DNA from: an uncultured Chlamydiae bacterium
Lineage (GTDB): Bacteria; Chlamydiota; Chlamydiia; Chlamydiales; Parachlamydiaceae
Assembly (NCBI GenBank): GCA_963754655.1
Contig: CAVWGN010000001.1
Span: 576,001-640,000, forward strand
Length of the DNA: 64,000 bases
Direction: 5' to 3'
Below, one piece after another: positions 1 to 9,834 of this stretch. The translations under genes were made by a program, and so were the position numbers. Every line of letters starts with the position of its first letter. Position 1 is the first letter of the stretch. Below the pieces are notes generated by a model. It was given only the letters and a program-made list of their open reading frames with translations. It was not told the origin of the DNA and did no database searches.

Positions 1-194
1 GAGGAATCATAATAAGCGGTTTGTTCATAAGTATTGCCATTACTATCGACAATAACGACTTGCACAGGTTGTGCTTGAGAAATCACAACTCCTGGTCCAC
101 CAATTTGGATGATTGCGGCTTCACCTTTAGCCATCCATCCAATAGCTAAAGAGGAAGTAAGTAACATTAACCATGTTTTTTGCCATTTTTTCAT
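1..194 (-). CDS. Partial CDS (5' end), probable secreted hypothetical protein, runs off the window edge
   Basis: Hand translation MKKWQKTWLMLLTSSLAIGWMAKGEAAIIQIGGPG...; AAAGGAG ribosome-binding site upstream; signal-peptide-like N-terminus. Confidence 0.7.
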   Translation of the reverse strand, partial: MKKWQKTWLMLLTSSLAIGWMAKGEAAIIQIGGPGVVISQAQPVQVVIVDSNGNTYEQTAYYDS

Positions 195-480
195 TGCAGT
201 GCTCCTTTATTTAATTACCATTTGCTCAATCATTCGCATTGTGAGATAACATGCTACCCATCAAAAATATTTTTTTTGTTTATTAGTTGTCAAATGTTAT
301 GTCGCTCTTTGGTCTTAAATAAAATGTGGAATGGAAAATAGGGCGACTAAAAATATGTGGTTTTACCTGATTCATCCGATTTATTGATGAAACAAAAATC
401 CCGTTCTGTTTAATATTGTCTAGCGAAGCAATGTTTCAAATTTATCAAATATCGCAGACAGCTAGGATTGAAGAAGCACC

Positions 481-1377
481 ATGAAGTTGATTAAGCTTTT
501 TGTTTTTGTATTTTACATAGTGTTATTTCCTCTTTATTCGTATGAATATGATCTTTGCGTTTGTGCAATTTTTCGAGATGAAGCGCGTTTTTTAAAAGAA
601 TGGATTGAATTTCACAAATTAGTAGGTGTTCAGCATTTTTATCTTTATAACAATTTAAGCACCGATCACTATTTATCTGTTCTTCATTCTTATATCAAAG
701 CTGGAGAGGTTGATTTAATTGAACTGGATCAAGAACATTCGAATCAAATTGAATTTAATGCTATTCAAATGAGTGCTTATGATCATGCACTTCAATTAGC
801 TCGAGGTAAAGCGAGATGGGTAGCTTTTATTGATACAGATGAATTTTTATTTCCTATGGAAAAAAATGATTTAGTGGCTTTTTTGAAAGATTATGAAGAA
901 TATGGAGGACTAGAAGTCAATTGGCAAACCTTTGGAACATCTGCAGTAAAAACGATTCCTAAAGATAAGTTGTTAATTGAATTTCTTACCTGGAGAGGAA
1001 ATAGAGATTTAAATATCAATCACAACACAAAATCAATTGTTCATCCTCACCTAGTCACAAGATGCACTGGTGCTCATAACTTTGCCTATCAGGATTCGCA
1101 CTATAGCGTTTACTCTAATTATGCACATTCTTCGCAATATCCCCTTTCTCCTTATATTTTGACGGATAAAATTAGAATCAATCACTATTGGGCAAGAGAT
1201 GAAGATTTTTTATACAAAGTGAAAGTTCCAAGATATCAAAAATGGCAACAACATTTAGAGTTTGTGAATCATTTGATCCCTCTTTTAAATGAAGTTGAAG
1301 ACCAAGAAATCTTAAGGTTTGCTTCTGATTTGAAAAAGAGCTTAAAGAGAAACAGGAAATTGCTCATCCGTTTTTGA
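481..1377 (+). CDS. Glycosyltransferase family 92-like (GT-A fold) protein with N-terminal signal/anchor
   Basis: Motifs CAIFRDEARFLKEWIEFH..GVQHFYLYNN, WVAFIDTDEF (DxD), INHYW. Confidence 0.8.
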   Translation: MKLIKLFVFVFYIVLFPLYSYEYDLCVCAIFRDEARFLKEWIEFHKLVGVQHFYLYNNLSTDHYLSVLHSYIKAGEVDLIELDQEHSNQIEFNAIQMSAYDHALQLARGKARWVAFIDTDEFLFPMEKNDLVAFLKDYEEYGGLEVNWQTFGTSAVKTIPKDKLLIEFLTWRGNRDLNINHNTKSIVHPHLVTRCTGAHNFAYQDSHYSVYSNYAHSSQYPLSPYILTDKIRINHYWARDEDFLYKVKVPRYQKWQQHLEFVNHLIPLLNEVEDQEILRFASDLKKSLKRNRKLLIRF

Positions 1378-1533
1378 CGCAATAACATCCAATCTGGCGG
1401 GTGAATTTAGTTTTATTGATCAAATGCAAAAGTCGTGAACCCCCCCCATGCTCTTCTTTTACAGAGTAAAGCGCCTATTTTTTGCTATTCTTTTTCAAAA
1501 TTAACTTTAGTTTTTTATCATTTTTTTAGTTAG

Positions 1534-1590
1534 TTTAATTTTGACATAATACTTTAATTTTGACATAATACTTTAATTTTGATATTATAG
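1534..1590 (+). promoter_or_regulatory. Triple 19-bp tandem repeat that forms two overlapping sigma70/66-type promoters
   Basis: TTTAATTTTGACATAATAC twice plus a degenerate third copy; TTGACA(1541)-N17-CATAAT and TTGACA(1560)-N17-TATTAT. Confidence 0.6.
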
Positions 1591-1642
1591 ATTAATGAAA
1601 TATATAATGAAAACATGTAATTAACTTTTTATAAGGATTAAT

Positions 1643-2359
1643 ATGAATACAAAACTACAAGCTGATTATGCAGAGCTTGTCCATCAGTATTTGGATAATC
1701 TTCCAGCTGAAAAAGAACAAGATTTTGAAGTCATTGTAGAAGCTTTGAAGTCAATAACAGAACCTACTGTTTCTCATACAGTACCACAAAATTTAGAAGG
1801 GCGTATTAAAACCATTAAAGAAATTGTAGATAATCCTGATTTATATGTTCAAGACAACAAGTATTATGATGAATTTAAAACTATTATTATACAAAGAGTG
1901 GTAGCCAAAATTAATGAGATCCAAAATTTAAGTCCTGCAGACAAGGAAAAGTACATAGCAGACCAAAAAAAATTAAAAGAGACAGCAATGGCAAGCCAAA
2001 GTGTAATAAAAACTCATCAGCCTCCAGCACCGGGTTCAGAAGCTCATACCATTTCGGAACAACAAATGCTCCAACAAATGCAATTACAATTTCAACAAGA
2101 ACTTCTACAAACAGCACAAGCGCCTCTTATACCAAGTGAAGCGGATCGATTAAGAAACCGTCTAAATCATCTTCCATCACTAGCAGAACTTGAGCAACGT
2201 TTAGCGGCATTGAATGCACGTATACGGGACATGATAAATAACTCAGTAGTTTTAACGCCTTGGCAAATGCTTGAAATTCAAATAGAAACGAGCGAATTGA
2301 CAAGCTTACAAACTCGACGACAAAATCTAGAAGCTCAACTCAGGGCAATTAACTTATGA
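1643..2359 (+). CDS. Hypothetical Gln-rich coiled-coil protein
   Basis: 238-aa ORF with AAGGA RBS; heptad-like C-terminus; no recognised family. Confidence 0.7.
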   Translation: MNTKLQADYAELVHQYLDNLPAEKEQDFEVIVEALKSITEPTVSHTVPQNLEGRIKTIKEIVDNPDLYVQDNKYYDEFKTIIIQRVVAKINEIQNLSPADKEKYIADQKKLKETAMASQSVIKTHQPPAPGSEAHTISEQQMLQQMQLQFQQELLQTAQAPLIPSEADRLRNRLNHLPSLAELEQRLAALNARIRDMINNSVVLTPWQMLEIQIETSELTSLQTRRQNLEAQLRAINL

Positions 2360-2417
2360 TTGATTGATGAGAATGGCTATCATCATCAGCTATTAGAAGC
2401 GGTTTTTGAAAGAAAAT

Positions 2418-2505
2418 CGGAGGAGGTGGGATTCGAACCCACGGTACGTGTTTAGCGTACACACGCTTTCCAAGCGTGCTCCTTAAGCCACTCGGACACT
2501 CCTCC
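2418..2505 (-). tRNA. tRNA-Ser(GGA)
   Basis: Reverse complement GGAGGAGTGTCCGAGTGG...CACGC-TTGGAAA-GCGTG...GGTTCGAATCCCACCTCCTCCG; long variable arm; CCA not encoded. Confidence 0.97.
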
Positions 2506-2558
2506 AAAAGAAAGCCAAAAGTTTAGAGAATTGCAATTTATGTTGCAAGAATTCCTTT

Positions 2559-4007
2559 TCATTGTGGAGAAAAATGGCTAAATTCCTTTTCAGCTTCTAA
2601 ATCGCGCTCCATAGCGTCATATTTGACAGGCGTATAGTTCACAAATTGAGCATATTCTTTTCTAAATGTTAAATTGATATTGCCTACTCCTCCATGGCGG
2701 TTTTTGGCAACAATCAATTCGGCCATGCCAGGCTTATCCATGGGATCATAGTATTCACGACGTAGCAAAAACATGACAATATCGGAGTCTTGTTCAATGC
2801 TGCCGCTTTCGCGCAAATCGCTCATCATGGGGCGGTGTCCTTGGCGATCTTCTACTTTACGCGAAAGTTGAGAAAGGCAAAGAATGGGAATGTTGAGTTC
2901 ACGAGCCAAATTTTTCAACATCCGGGAAATCTCAGAAATTTCGTTTTGACGGCTTTCCATATTGCGATTAGAGCCAGAACCTGATATCAGCTGTAAGTAG
3001 TCAATGACTAGAAATCCAACTCCATAACTTTCCTTCATGCGACGCGCACGCGCACGCAAATCTGTGATTTTTAAACCGGCCTGATCATCAATAATTAAGA
3101 CATGCTTTTGCATTTCACTGACACAGCTGACAATACGTTGATATTCTATTCCATCTAATGAACCGGTTTTAATTTTATCTGATTCAACTTCTGCTCGTGA
3201 ACAAATAATGCGATGGACAAGCTGTTCAGCCGACATCTCAAGCGAAAAGATGCCCACTGGCATATGACTTTTGAAGCAAACATTTTCGGCAATATTTATG
3301 GCTAAAGAAGTTTTTCCCATTGCAGGACGGGCGGCCAAAATCATGAGGTTAGAGTTATTCAACCCGTTGATCATTTTGTCGAGATCGACAAAATGAGAGG
3401 GAATACCTGTGATACCAGAATCCTCAGGCCCTCTTTGAGCATAGCGTTCTTGCCTTTCTTGAAGCTCTTTCAAATAAGGCAGGCCTGATTCAGAGCGTAA
3501 GCCAGAAAAAATATCTGTGATTAAAACACCAGCTGCAGGGTTTGCTGCTTGGCTGATTTGAAAGAGAAGTTGCTGCGCATCATCTAAAGCGACATTGACA
3601 TCGAGCGGCTCTTCCAAAGCTGTTTTTTCAATGAGTTGAGCGGCATGAATCATTCTTCTTAGCAAAGCCTTGCTGTGAACTAATTCGACATATTCTTCAA
3701 TAAAAGCAGAAGTTCCCGCATATTGCGCCAGAGTAGTCAGATAAGCTAAACCTCCCACAGCTGTTAACTTATCTTGACGTTTGAGCTCTTCGGCTATCAG
3801 GTGGATATCAGCAGGTTTATCTTTTTTATACGCCGTCTTTAAAACCTGAAAAATAATTTTATGTTCTGTAAAGTAAAAGTCAGAATCATCCAAAGCATCG
3901 GCGGCAATATTGAGACTGTTAATGCTTGTCAGCATGCAGCCTAGAACCATCATTTCTGATTCCTTAGAATGAGGAGGAATTTTTACCTTAGTTGTCGATT
4001 CTGCCAT
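2559..4007 (-). CDS. dnaB: Replicative DNA helicase
   Basis: PPHSKESE N-terminus, AARPAMGKT Walker A, IDYLQL, SQLSR, DLRESGSIEQDSD, KNRHG; no intein. Confidence 0.98.
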   Translation of the reverse strand: MAESTTKVKIPPHSKESEMMVLGCMLTSINSLNIAADALDDSDFYFTEHKIIFQVLKTAYKKDKPADIHLIAEELKRQDKLTAVGGLAYLTTLAQYAGTSAFIEEYVELVHSKALLRRMIHAAQLIEKTALEEPLDVNVALDDAQQLLFQISQAANPAAGVLITDIFSGLRSESGLPYLKELQERQERYAQRGPEDSGITGIPSHFVDLDKMINGLNNSNLMILAARPAMGKTSLAINIAENVCFKSHMPVGIFSLEMSAEQLVHRIICSRAEVESDKIKTGSLDGIEYQRIVSCVSEMQKHVLIIDDQAGLKITDLRARARRMKESYGVGFLVIDYLQLISGSGSNRNMESRQNEISEISRMLKNLARELNIPILCLSQLSRKVEDRQGHRPMMSDLRESGSIEQDSDIVMFLLRREYYDPMDKPGMAELIVAKNRHGGVGNINLTFRKEYAQFVNYTPVKYDAMERDLEAEKEFSHFSPQ

Positions 4008-4061
4008 ATAGCCAAACCCCAGAGGTCAAAGATTAAAAATAAAGATTTTGATGTTTATTTG

Positions 4062-4091
4062 AGATGTGTCAAGCATAGATGTGTCAAGCAT
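4062..4091. repeat. 15-bp direct duplication containing a minus-strand TTGACA, upstream of dnaB
   Basis: AGATGTGTCAAGCAT twice in tandem. Confidence 0.8.
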
Positions 4092-4210
4092 AAAAGATAA
4101 AGGGACAAAAAGTCTATTTCAAAGGGATCATCTAGTATTTGTTTACATGAGTTTTTGCTTGTGATTTAAACCTAAGATGTTACAGTGACCTTATTTAACG
4201 AGGGCAACAG

Positions 4211-5476
4211 ATGGTTAGGGTCATCATTATTGGGGGCGGATTTGGGGGACTCAATGTGGCTCAAGCACTTAAAAAAGCTCACTTAGACATTTTGCTGCTA
4301 GATCGCACGAATCACCATGTCTTTCAACCTCTATTGTACCAAGTAGCAACTGCAGCTTTATCGGTTAGCAATATCGCCTCTCCTATTCGCGAAATTTTAA
4401 AAGCGCAGGCCAATGTTGAAGTTCTCATGGCGAAAGTGGACCGCATTGATAAAGTTGAACAGAAAGTTTACACCTCAGATGCCACCAGTTTTTTTTATGA
4501 TTTTCTTGTCGTTGCACCTGGTGCACAGCACTCTTACTTTGGCCATGACCAGTGGGAAGCTTATGCACCAGGTCTTAAAACCATTGCAGATAGCGTGCGC
4601 ATTCGTGAACAAATTCTTTTAGCATTTGAAAAAGCAGAGCGTTGTTTAAATCCCCAAGAAGCTCAAAAATATCTGTGCTTTGCGATCATTGGAGCAGGAC
4701 CTACCGGAGTAGAAATGGCAGGTTCTATTGCTGAATTTGCTCATCGCACTTTATTTAAAAATTTCAGACATATCAATCCTGCAAATTCAAAAATTTACCT
4801 CATTGAAGGGACTCATCAGGTTTTGCCCTTTTTTCCTCCTCATCTGGCTGAAAAAGCAGAAAAAGATCTTAAAAGATTAGGTGTCGATATTTTGCTGAAT
4901 ACTTTCGTGACTAATGTGACAGACACAGGAATTTACATGGGCAATCAATTTTTACCAACACTCAATGTCATTTGGGCAGCCGGCAATCAAGCCTCGCCAT
5001 TGCTAAAGACACTAGATGTTCCTTTAGATCAGCAAGGACGCGCCATTGTCAATCCTGATTTAACCATTCCCAATTATTCAAATCTTTTTGTCATTGGAGA
5101 TGCATCACATTGTTTGGATACTCAAGGACAACCTTTACCAGGCATTGCACCTGTAGCCATTCAGCAAGGTCACTATGTAGCTAAAATCATTAAGAAAAAT
5201 CTCTTTTCCCAACAGCGCAAACCTTTTGTTTATTTTGATAAGGGGACCATCGCAACCGTTGGAAGTGGAAAAGCTGTGGCCATGATTCGTAAATTGCAAT
5301 TTTCTGGTCTTATCGCTTGGTTGATTTGGTGCTTTGTGCATATTCTCTATTTAGTCAGTTTTCGCTATCGTTTGCTCGTTATGATGCAATGGATCTTCCT
5401 GTATCTATTAGGAAGAAGACAGGGACGTATCATTATGCGATCCATTGATGATCATCAATCCTTTCCAAAAAATTAA
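4211..5476 (+). CDS. ndh: Type II NADH dehydrogenase (NAD(P)/FAD-dependent oxidoreductase)
   Basis: IIGGGFGG, FQPLLYQVATA, IIGAGPTGVEMAG, WAAG, GD, APVAIQQG, DKGTIATVG. Confidence 0.92.
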   Translation: MVRVIIIGGGFGGLNVAQALKKAHLDILLLDRTNHHVFQPLLYQVATAALSVSNIASPIREILKAQANVEVLMAKVDRIDKVEQKVYTSDATSFFYDFLVVAPGAQHSYFGHDQWEAYAPGLKTIADSVRIREQILLAFEKAERCLNPQEAQKYLCFAIIGAGPTGVEMAGSIAEFAHRTLFKNFRHINPANSKIYLIEGTHQVLPFFPPHLAEKAEKDLKRLGVDILLNTFVTNVTDTGIYMGNQFLPTLNVIWAAGNQASPLLKTLDVPLDQQGRAIVNPDLTIPNYSNLFVIGDASHCLDTQGQPLPGIAPVAIQQGHYVAKIIKKNLFSQQRKPFVYFDKGTIATVGSGKAVAMIRKLQFSGLIAWLIWCFVHILYLVSFRYRLLVMMQWIFLYLLGRRQGRIIMRSIDDHQSFPKN

Positions 5477-5522
5477 AAATTTTTTTGTTGTTTTTAAATT
5501 TTAAATAATTTTTATTCAATAA

Positions 5523-5551
5523 TTGACAGTTGATTATTAACAAATTATAAT
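5523..5551 (+). promoter_or_regulatory. Perfect-consensus sigma70/66 promoter
   Basis: TTGACA(5523-5528)-N17-TATAAT(5546-5551), about 220 bp upstream of the 5770 CDS. Confidence 0.7.
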
Positions 5552-5769
5552 TAAATTGAGGGAATAAAAATTTCTATTTTATCTTTAATTAAAGGAGGAT
5601 GAAATTTAAAAAAAGGATGAATTAAAAATTTATTTTCAAAAATGTTTAAATTTTACCTCATAATGATGAGCTATTGTGAGGGAATGTTTTTGCTCTCATG
5701 ATAACATTTAAACTCCACTTCAGTTATTAAATTGAGAGATTTCAATTATTTGAGTTTAGGAGGGGTTAT

Positions 5770-6375
5770 ATGTACCGGATTTTTAAAGCTTTTGTCTTAG
5801 GCTTAGCTTTCGCAGCATTTAGTTTTTTACCTCTTCATATGCTTTCTGCAAAAGGAGGACATGGCGGAGGGCATGGCGGAGGTCACCACGGTGGGCATGG
5901 CGGAGGTCATCACGGTGGACATGGTAGGTATCATGGCGGTCATGGTGGCGGTCATCATGGAGGCCACGGCATGCATGGAGGCCATGGCTGGCGTGGTTGG
6001 CATGGAGGGTGGCATGGTGGTTGGCAAGGCTATCATGGCTTTTATAATAATGGATATTATGGGCCTGGGTACGGCTATGGATATTGGGGTGGTGGCTACT
6101 ATCCTGGCTATTATTTCGATGATTATAACTATGATTCTGGTTATCCCAGCACCACCTATTATTTTAATTATCCAAACGCTTATAATTACAATTATTTCGA
6201 TAGTTATAATTATCCAGGTTATTCTTATCCCGCTAATTCACAGTACTATAACGTTGTGCCTTATTCAGGCAACGTCAATTATAGCGACCCTACCAGTGGA
6301 GTGTATAACCAAGGACAATACCAAGGACAATTTCAAGGTCAATATCAAGTTCAAGGTCAATTTAACAATCAATAA
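5770..6375 (+). CDS. Secreted low-complexity protein (Gly/His-rich block, then Tyr/Asn/Gln-rich block)
   Basis: AGGAGG RBS; signal peptide ending LSA; GGHGGGHH repeats; YNY/YPGY region; QGQY/QGQF tail. Confidence 0.85.
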   Translation: MYRIFKAFVLGLAFAAFSFLPLHMLSAKGGHGGGHGGGHHGGHGGGHHGGHGRYHGGHGGGHHGGHGMHGGHGWRGWHGGWHGGWQGYHGFYNNGYYGPGYGYGYWGGGYYPGYYFDDYNYDSGYPSTTYYFNYPNAYNYNYFDSYNYPGYSYPANSQYYNVVPYSGNVNYSDPTSGVYNQGQYQGQFQGQYQVQGQFNNQ

Positions 6376-6419
6376 ATATAAAATGATCTTGCATTTGATT
6401 TAATTGATATCTACCTAAT

Positions 6420-6457
6420 AACCCAAAATTCCCAAAATAAGGATTTTGGGTTTTTTT
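6420..6457 (+). terminator. Intrinsic terminator after the Gly/His-rich gene
   Basis: AACCCAAAAT(T)CC...GGATTTTGGGTT followed by a T run. Confidence 0.7.
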
Positions 6458-6524
6458 ATTCTTTGAGATTGAAACAATCCTTGCAGAAAAACGCTGTGAC
6501 TATTAGGATAATTGTTTTCTTAAT

Positions 6525-6612
6525 GGAAAGATGGCTGAGTGGCCGAAAGCACGTCCCTGCTAAGGACGCATACCCCTAAAGGGTATCGAGGGTTCAAATC
6601 CCTCTCTTTCCG
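6525..6612 (+). tRNA. tRNA-Ser(GCT)
   Basis: GGAAAGATGGCTGAGTGG...CGTCC-CTGCTAA-GGACG...GGTTCAAATCCCTCTCTTTCCG; long variable arm; CCA not encoded. Confidence 0.97.
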
Positions 6613-6616
6613 CATT

Positions 6617-6650
6617 AGGCTTTGAACAGACTTGTTCAAAGCCTTTTTAT
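6617..6650 (+). terminator. Intrinsic terminator after tRNA-Ser(GCT)
   Basis: AGGCTTTGAACA-GACT-TGTTCAAAGCCT followed by Ts. Confidence 0.85.
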
Positions 6651-6755
6651 TTTTTTTAAATAAAATGAAATTAGAACATAAGTTATTGAAGCTTAAGTAC
6701 TAAATTTTACCTGTCAGCAACTGTCACTTGTATTTCATCTACTCAGCTTATGAGA

Positions 6756-7640
6756 TTAATTTTTAATCTCTCCGGCTTTTTGTTCCTGTTCTTTAATCAA
6801 AGAGCGTTTGCCGTTGCGAAATAAGATTAAACTGAAGACATAGATCATGCCAGCAATCAAGGCAATAGTGGCTCCTGTGGGCCAATCTAAATAATAAGCT
6901 GTGATATTGCCGCAAAAACAAAATAAACTGCTGATCAAAATGGCCAAAACGATCATGCTTGAGAGGCGTGTTGTCAACAGGTTAGCGATGGCAGCTGGAA
7001 TAGTCAACATCGTCATGACTAAGACAATGCCGACAACTTGAATTAATAAGACGATAGAGACGGCGATTAAAATTAACAGAAGCAAATAAAGGGAATGGAC
7101 GGGTATCCCTTGTAAACGCGCTTGCTCCTCATCAAAGCAAATGGCGAGAAATCGCTTATGTAAGCAGAGAATTAAGACAATGATTCCAATATCTAGTCCA
7201 CCCAAAATATACAAATCAGTTTTGGAAACCCACAAGATATTTCCAATTAAAAAATTCGTTAATTCAACATTAAAACCGGGGGTTTGTGAAATAAACAAAA
7301 TACCGACTGCCATGCCAATGGACCAAATAGCTGCAATAGCGGAGTCCTCTCTTTGTCTATAGTTAAGATGAATCCAACCAATCATAAGAGCAGATAAAAT
7401 GGCTGCTGCCAAAGCGCCTAATAGGGGATCAGCCCACGTGACTCCTTTGGCTCGTTCGAGCCAAATACAGAACCCAATTCCGCTAAGGACAGCATGCGAA
7501 ATACTCCCGCTAATAAAGACAATGCGCTTGACTACGACATAAGATCCAATAATTCCACTGACAATGGAGGCAGCCAATCCAGCTAAGAAGGCTGCTAGCA
7601 AGAGAGGATTAGTACTAAGAGCTTCCAAAAAAGAGGGCAT
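6756..7640 (-). CDS. znuB: Zn/Mn ABC transporter permease
   Basis: GSYVVVKRIVFISGSISHAVLSGIG, FLIGNIL, FDEEQARLQG, VGIVLV; multiple TM helices. Confidence 0.88.
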   Translation of the reverse strand: MPSFLEALSTNPLLLAAFLAGLAASIVSGIIGSYVVVKRIVFISGSISHAVLSGIGFCIWLERAKGVTWADPLLGALAAAILSALMIGWIHLNYRQREDSAIAAIWSIGMAVGILFISQTPGFNVELTNFLIGNILWVSKTDLYILGGLDIGIIVLILCLHKRFLAICFDEEQARLQGIPVHSLYLLLLILIAVSIVLLIQVVGIVLVMTMLTIPAAIANLLTTRLSSMIVLAILISSLFCFCGNITAYYLDWPTGATIALIAGMIYVFSLILFRNGKRSLIKEQEQKAGEIKN

Positions 7641-7658
7641 AACACCTTAAGATAATAT

Positions 7659-8441
7659 TTAAGATAAGAGAGGAAGTGAGGAAGAAGACTGCATGAGAGG
7701 CATATGGTAAAGGCCAAAAGCAAAATGTTTGCAAACTTCTTCAGGCTTAAGGGACATCACACCGCCCTGCACGCAAAGAACGCGTTCGACTTGATGAATA
7801 GCCACACTTAAATCATGCGTGACCATGAGAATGGTCATCTGCCCTTTAATCTGATTGAGTAGAGCATAAATATCTGCTTCTGCTTGACTATCCACGCTAG
7901 CCGTTGGTTCATCTAATAACAAAAGTTTAGGTTTTGAGACAAGCGCACGGGCAATCAAAACACGTTGGGCTTGTCCGCCAGAAAGAGTACCAAAAGGACG
8001 ATTAGCTAAATGGGATAGGCGAGTCTTCTCGAGCGCTTCTCGAGCTGTTTGGCGATCTGCTGCGCGAAATCGACCATACCAAGGGAGACGGAAGATCAAG
8101 CCCGAAAGGACAACTTCTTCGACTGAAATAGGAAAGTCGCGATCAAATCGAACAGATTGGGGGACATAAGCTAACCGATTGGGAGATGTAAAATGAGAGC
8201 TTGCCTCTTGACCAAGAACGTAGACTTTTCCTTTAGAAGGTTTTAAAAATCCCAAAAGGAGCTTAAGTAGAGTTGTTTTTCCCCCTCCATTGGGACCCAT
8301 CATTCCAATAAATTCACCGGGATACACTTGAAAGGAAACATCTTTGAGGACGGGTGTATGTGTATAGGAAAAAGTGACTTGATCAAGCGTGATGAGAGGG
8401 GGAGAGGGGATGCTTTTATTGTTCGACGAAAGCATGAGCAA
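7659..8441 (-). CDS. znuC: Zn/Mn ABC transporter ATP-binding protein (ATG start at 8435 possible)
   Basis: GPNGGGKT, YVPQ, LSGGQ, LLLDEP, VTHD. Confidence 0.9.
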   Translation of the reverse strand: MLMLSSNNKSIPSPPLITLDQVTFSYTHTPVLKDVSFQVYPGEFIGMMGPNGGGKTTLLKLLLGFLKPSKGKVYVLGQEASSHFTSPNRLAYVPQSVRFDRDFPISVEEVVLSGLIFRLPWYGRFRAADRQTAREALEKTRLSHLANRPFGTLSGGQAQRVLIARALVSKPKLLLLDEPTASVDSQAEADIYALLNQIKGQMTILMVTHDLSVAIHQVERVLCVQGGVMSLKPEEVCKHFAFGLYHMPLMQSSSSLPLLS

Positions 8442-9282
8442 TCTCCAACATGCTTGATAGGTAGTGCTCGGAATAGGGATCTAAGGTGATGAGATGAGCG
8501 CCTAAAGTATCAGCAACCAGTTTAGCAGCTTTGTTGTTATATTGCATTTGAATGAAAATGGCACGGATATTCAGTTGACGCGACAAGTTGAGCAGTTTCG
8601 TCATTTGTTGAGGAGTTGGATCTTTGCCTTCTACTTCAATTGCATATTGTTTAAGTGTATAGTCGCGGCAAAAATAAGCGTAGGCAGGATGGGAAACAAG
8701 AATATTGCGATTCTGAAGAGGAGTTAAAATTTTCTGAATTTTTTCATCCAAATCTTTGAGTTCCTGTTGAAAGGCCTGAAGATTATTTTGATAAAAATTT
8801 GCATAGCCAGGATAAGCTTTACTCAAAGCATTTGCGATCGTTTGCGCTTGAATTTGTGCTTGACGAGCACTTAGCCAAAAATGAAGGTCGACCGATCCAG
8901 GACAGCAGCTGCAATGACCATGCTCTGTAGAAATTAAATCTAATCCTTCTCGTAAATCAACAATTTCAAGACTAGGATGGTGGCTGGTCAAAGCTTGAAT
9001 AGCTCGATTTTCAAAGGGTTCACCTATGCGAAACCATATATCTGCTTTGCTGGCCGTTAACATTTGCCTTGGAGTTGGCTCATACGTGTGCGCACTGGCT
9101 CCTGTTGGAACCATTAAATAGACTTCAACCGTGTCCTTGGCTATCTTTTCTACAAAAAATTTATGAGGAGCTACGCTGACTAAGACAAAAGGAACATCCG
9201 CATAAATTGTTGCTAAAAAAAAGTTTTGATAAATACAAGCAAAAACAAAAAGCCAGAGCGGCCTTAAGAAAGCTGGGTTCAT
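8416..9282 (-). CDS. znuA: Zn/Mn ABC transporter substrate-binding protein
   Basis: HTYEPTP, His/Cys loop EHGHCSCC, DLHFWLS, VSHPAYAYF. Confidence 0.88.
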   Translation of the reverse strand: MNPAFLRPLWLFVFACIYQNFFLATIYADVPFVLVSVAPHKFFVEKIAKDTVEVYLMVPTGASAHTYEPTPRQMLTASKADIWFRIGEPFENRAIQALTSHHPSLEIVDLREGLDLISTEHGHCSCCPGSVDLHFWLSARQAQIQAQTIANALSKAYPGYANFYQNNLQAFQQELKDLDEKIQKILTPLQNRNILVSHPAYAYFCRDYTLKQYAIEVEGKDPTPQQMTKLLNLSRQLNIRAIFIQMQYNNKAAKLVADTLGAHLITLDPYSEHYLSSMLEIAHAFVEQ

Positions 9283-9521
9283 AGTAGACCTAAATAGACA
9301 GAGTTGAGATAATGACTACTATGCCTTTCAAAGAGCTTTTTTGCAAGGACTTCTAAATCAATCATTCTATATGGATTTTCTTTAGAAGCGAAGGTGTCAT
9401 CAATATGAGGAAGTCTATGTTTCCAATCGCAATTTGTTTCAAATAAAAGAGTATTGCTGGCTTGAGTAATAATGTTATTCCATTTATAATAAAAGAGTAA
9501 GAAATATTTTTTAGGTTTATT

Positions 9522-9803
9522 ATGACTGGTCAATTTAAAAATAGTACTCATCGTTTTAAAATTCAATATCGTGGATCCCTATTCTGGTTAATCTTCTGGT
9601 TGATCTTTTTCTTTCCGGTTGCTTTTGTACTGCTGTTGACAGATATCTCTTTTGAAGTTAATCAAACGGTTTATGATCTTCAATATAATGGATCTCGTTT
9701 TTGGCTTGGATTCTGGGTTGTGGTTTTCTTTCCTATCGCCTTTTTATTGCTTTTTTTGAATGGTTTATCAGTGAAAATTGAAAAACCACAAGAGTGGAGA
9801 TAA
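9522..9803 (+). CDS. Small membrane protein built from two copies of one motif
   Basis: QYRGSLFWLIFWLIFFFPVAFVLLL and QYNGSRFWLGFWVVVFFPIAFLLL. Confidence 0.75.
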   Translation: MTGQFKNSTHRFKIQYRGSLFWLIFWLIFFFPVAFVLLLTDISFEVNQTVYDLQYNGSRFWLGFWVVVFFPIAFLLLFLNGLSVKIEKPQEWR

Positions 9804-9834
9804 AGAAGGACTAACATTTGGTTAAGCCCAACTG

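Noticed and set aside
481..2417. Genomic island integrated at tRNA-Ser(GGA)
   Set aside because: Genes look accessory, but no integrase or duplicated tRNA 3' end is seen in the window.
5861..6403. 180-aa Met/Ile-rich ORF
   Set aside because: Frame shadow of the Gly/His/Tyr-rich gene, which has the RBS and signal peptide.
9279..9566. 95-aa ORF upstream of znuA
   Set aside because: Overlaps the start of the divergent 9522 gene, covers an AT-rich promoter region and has no motif.
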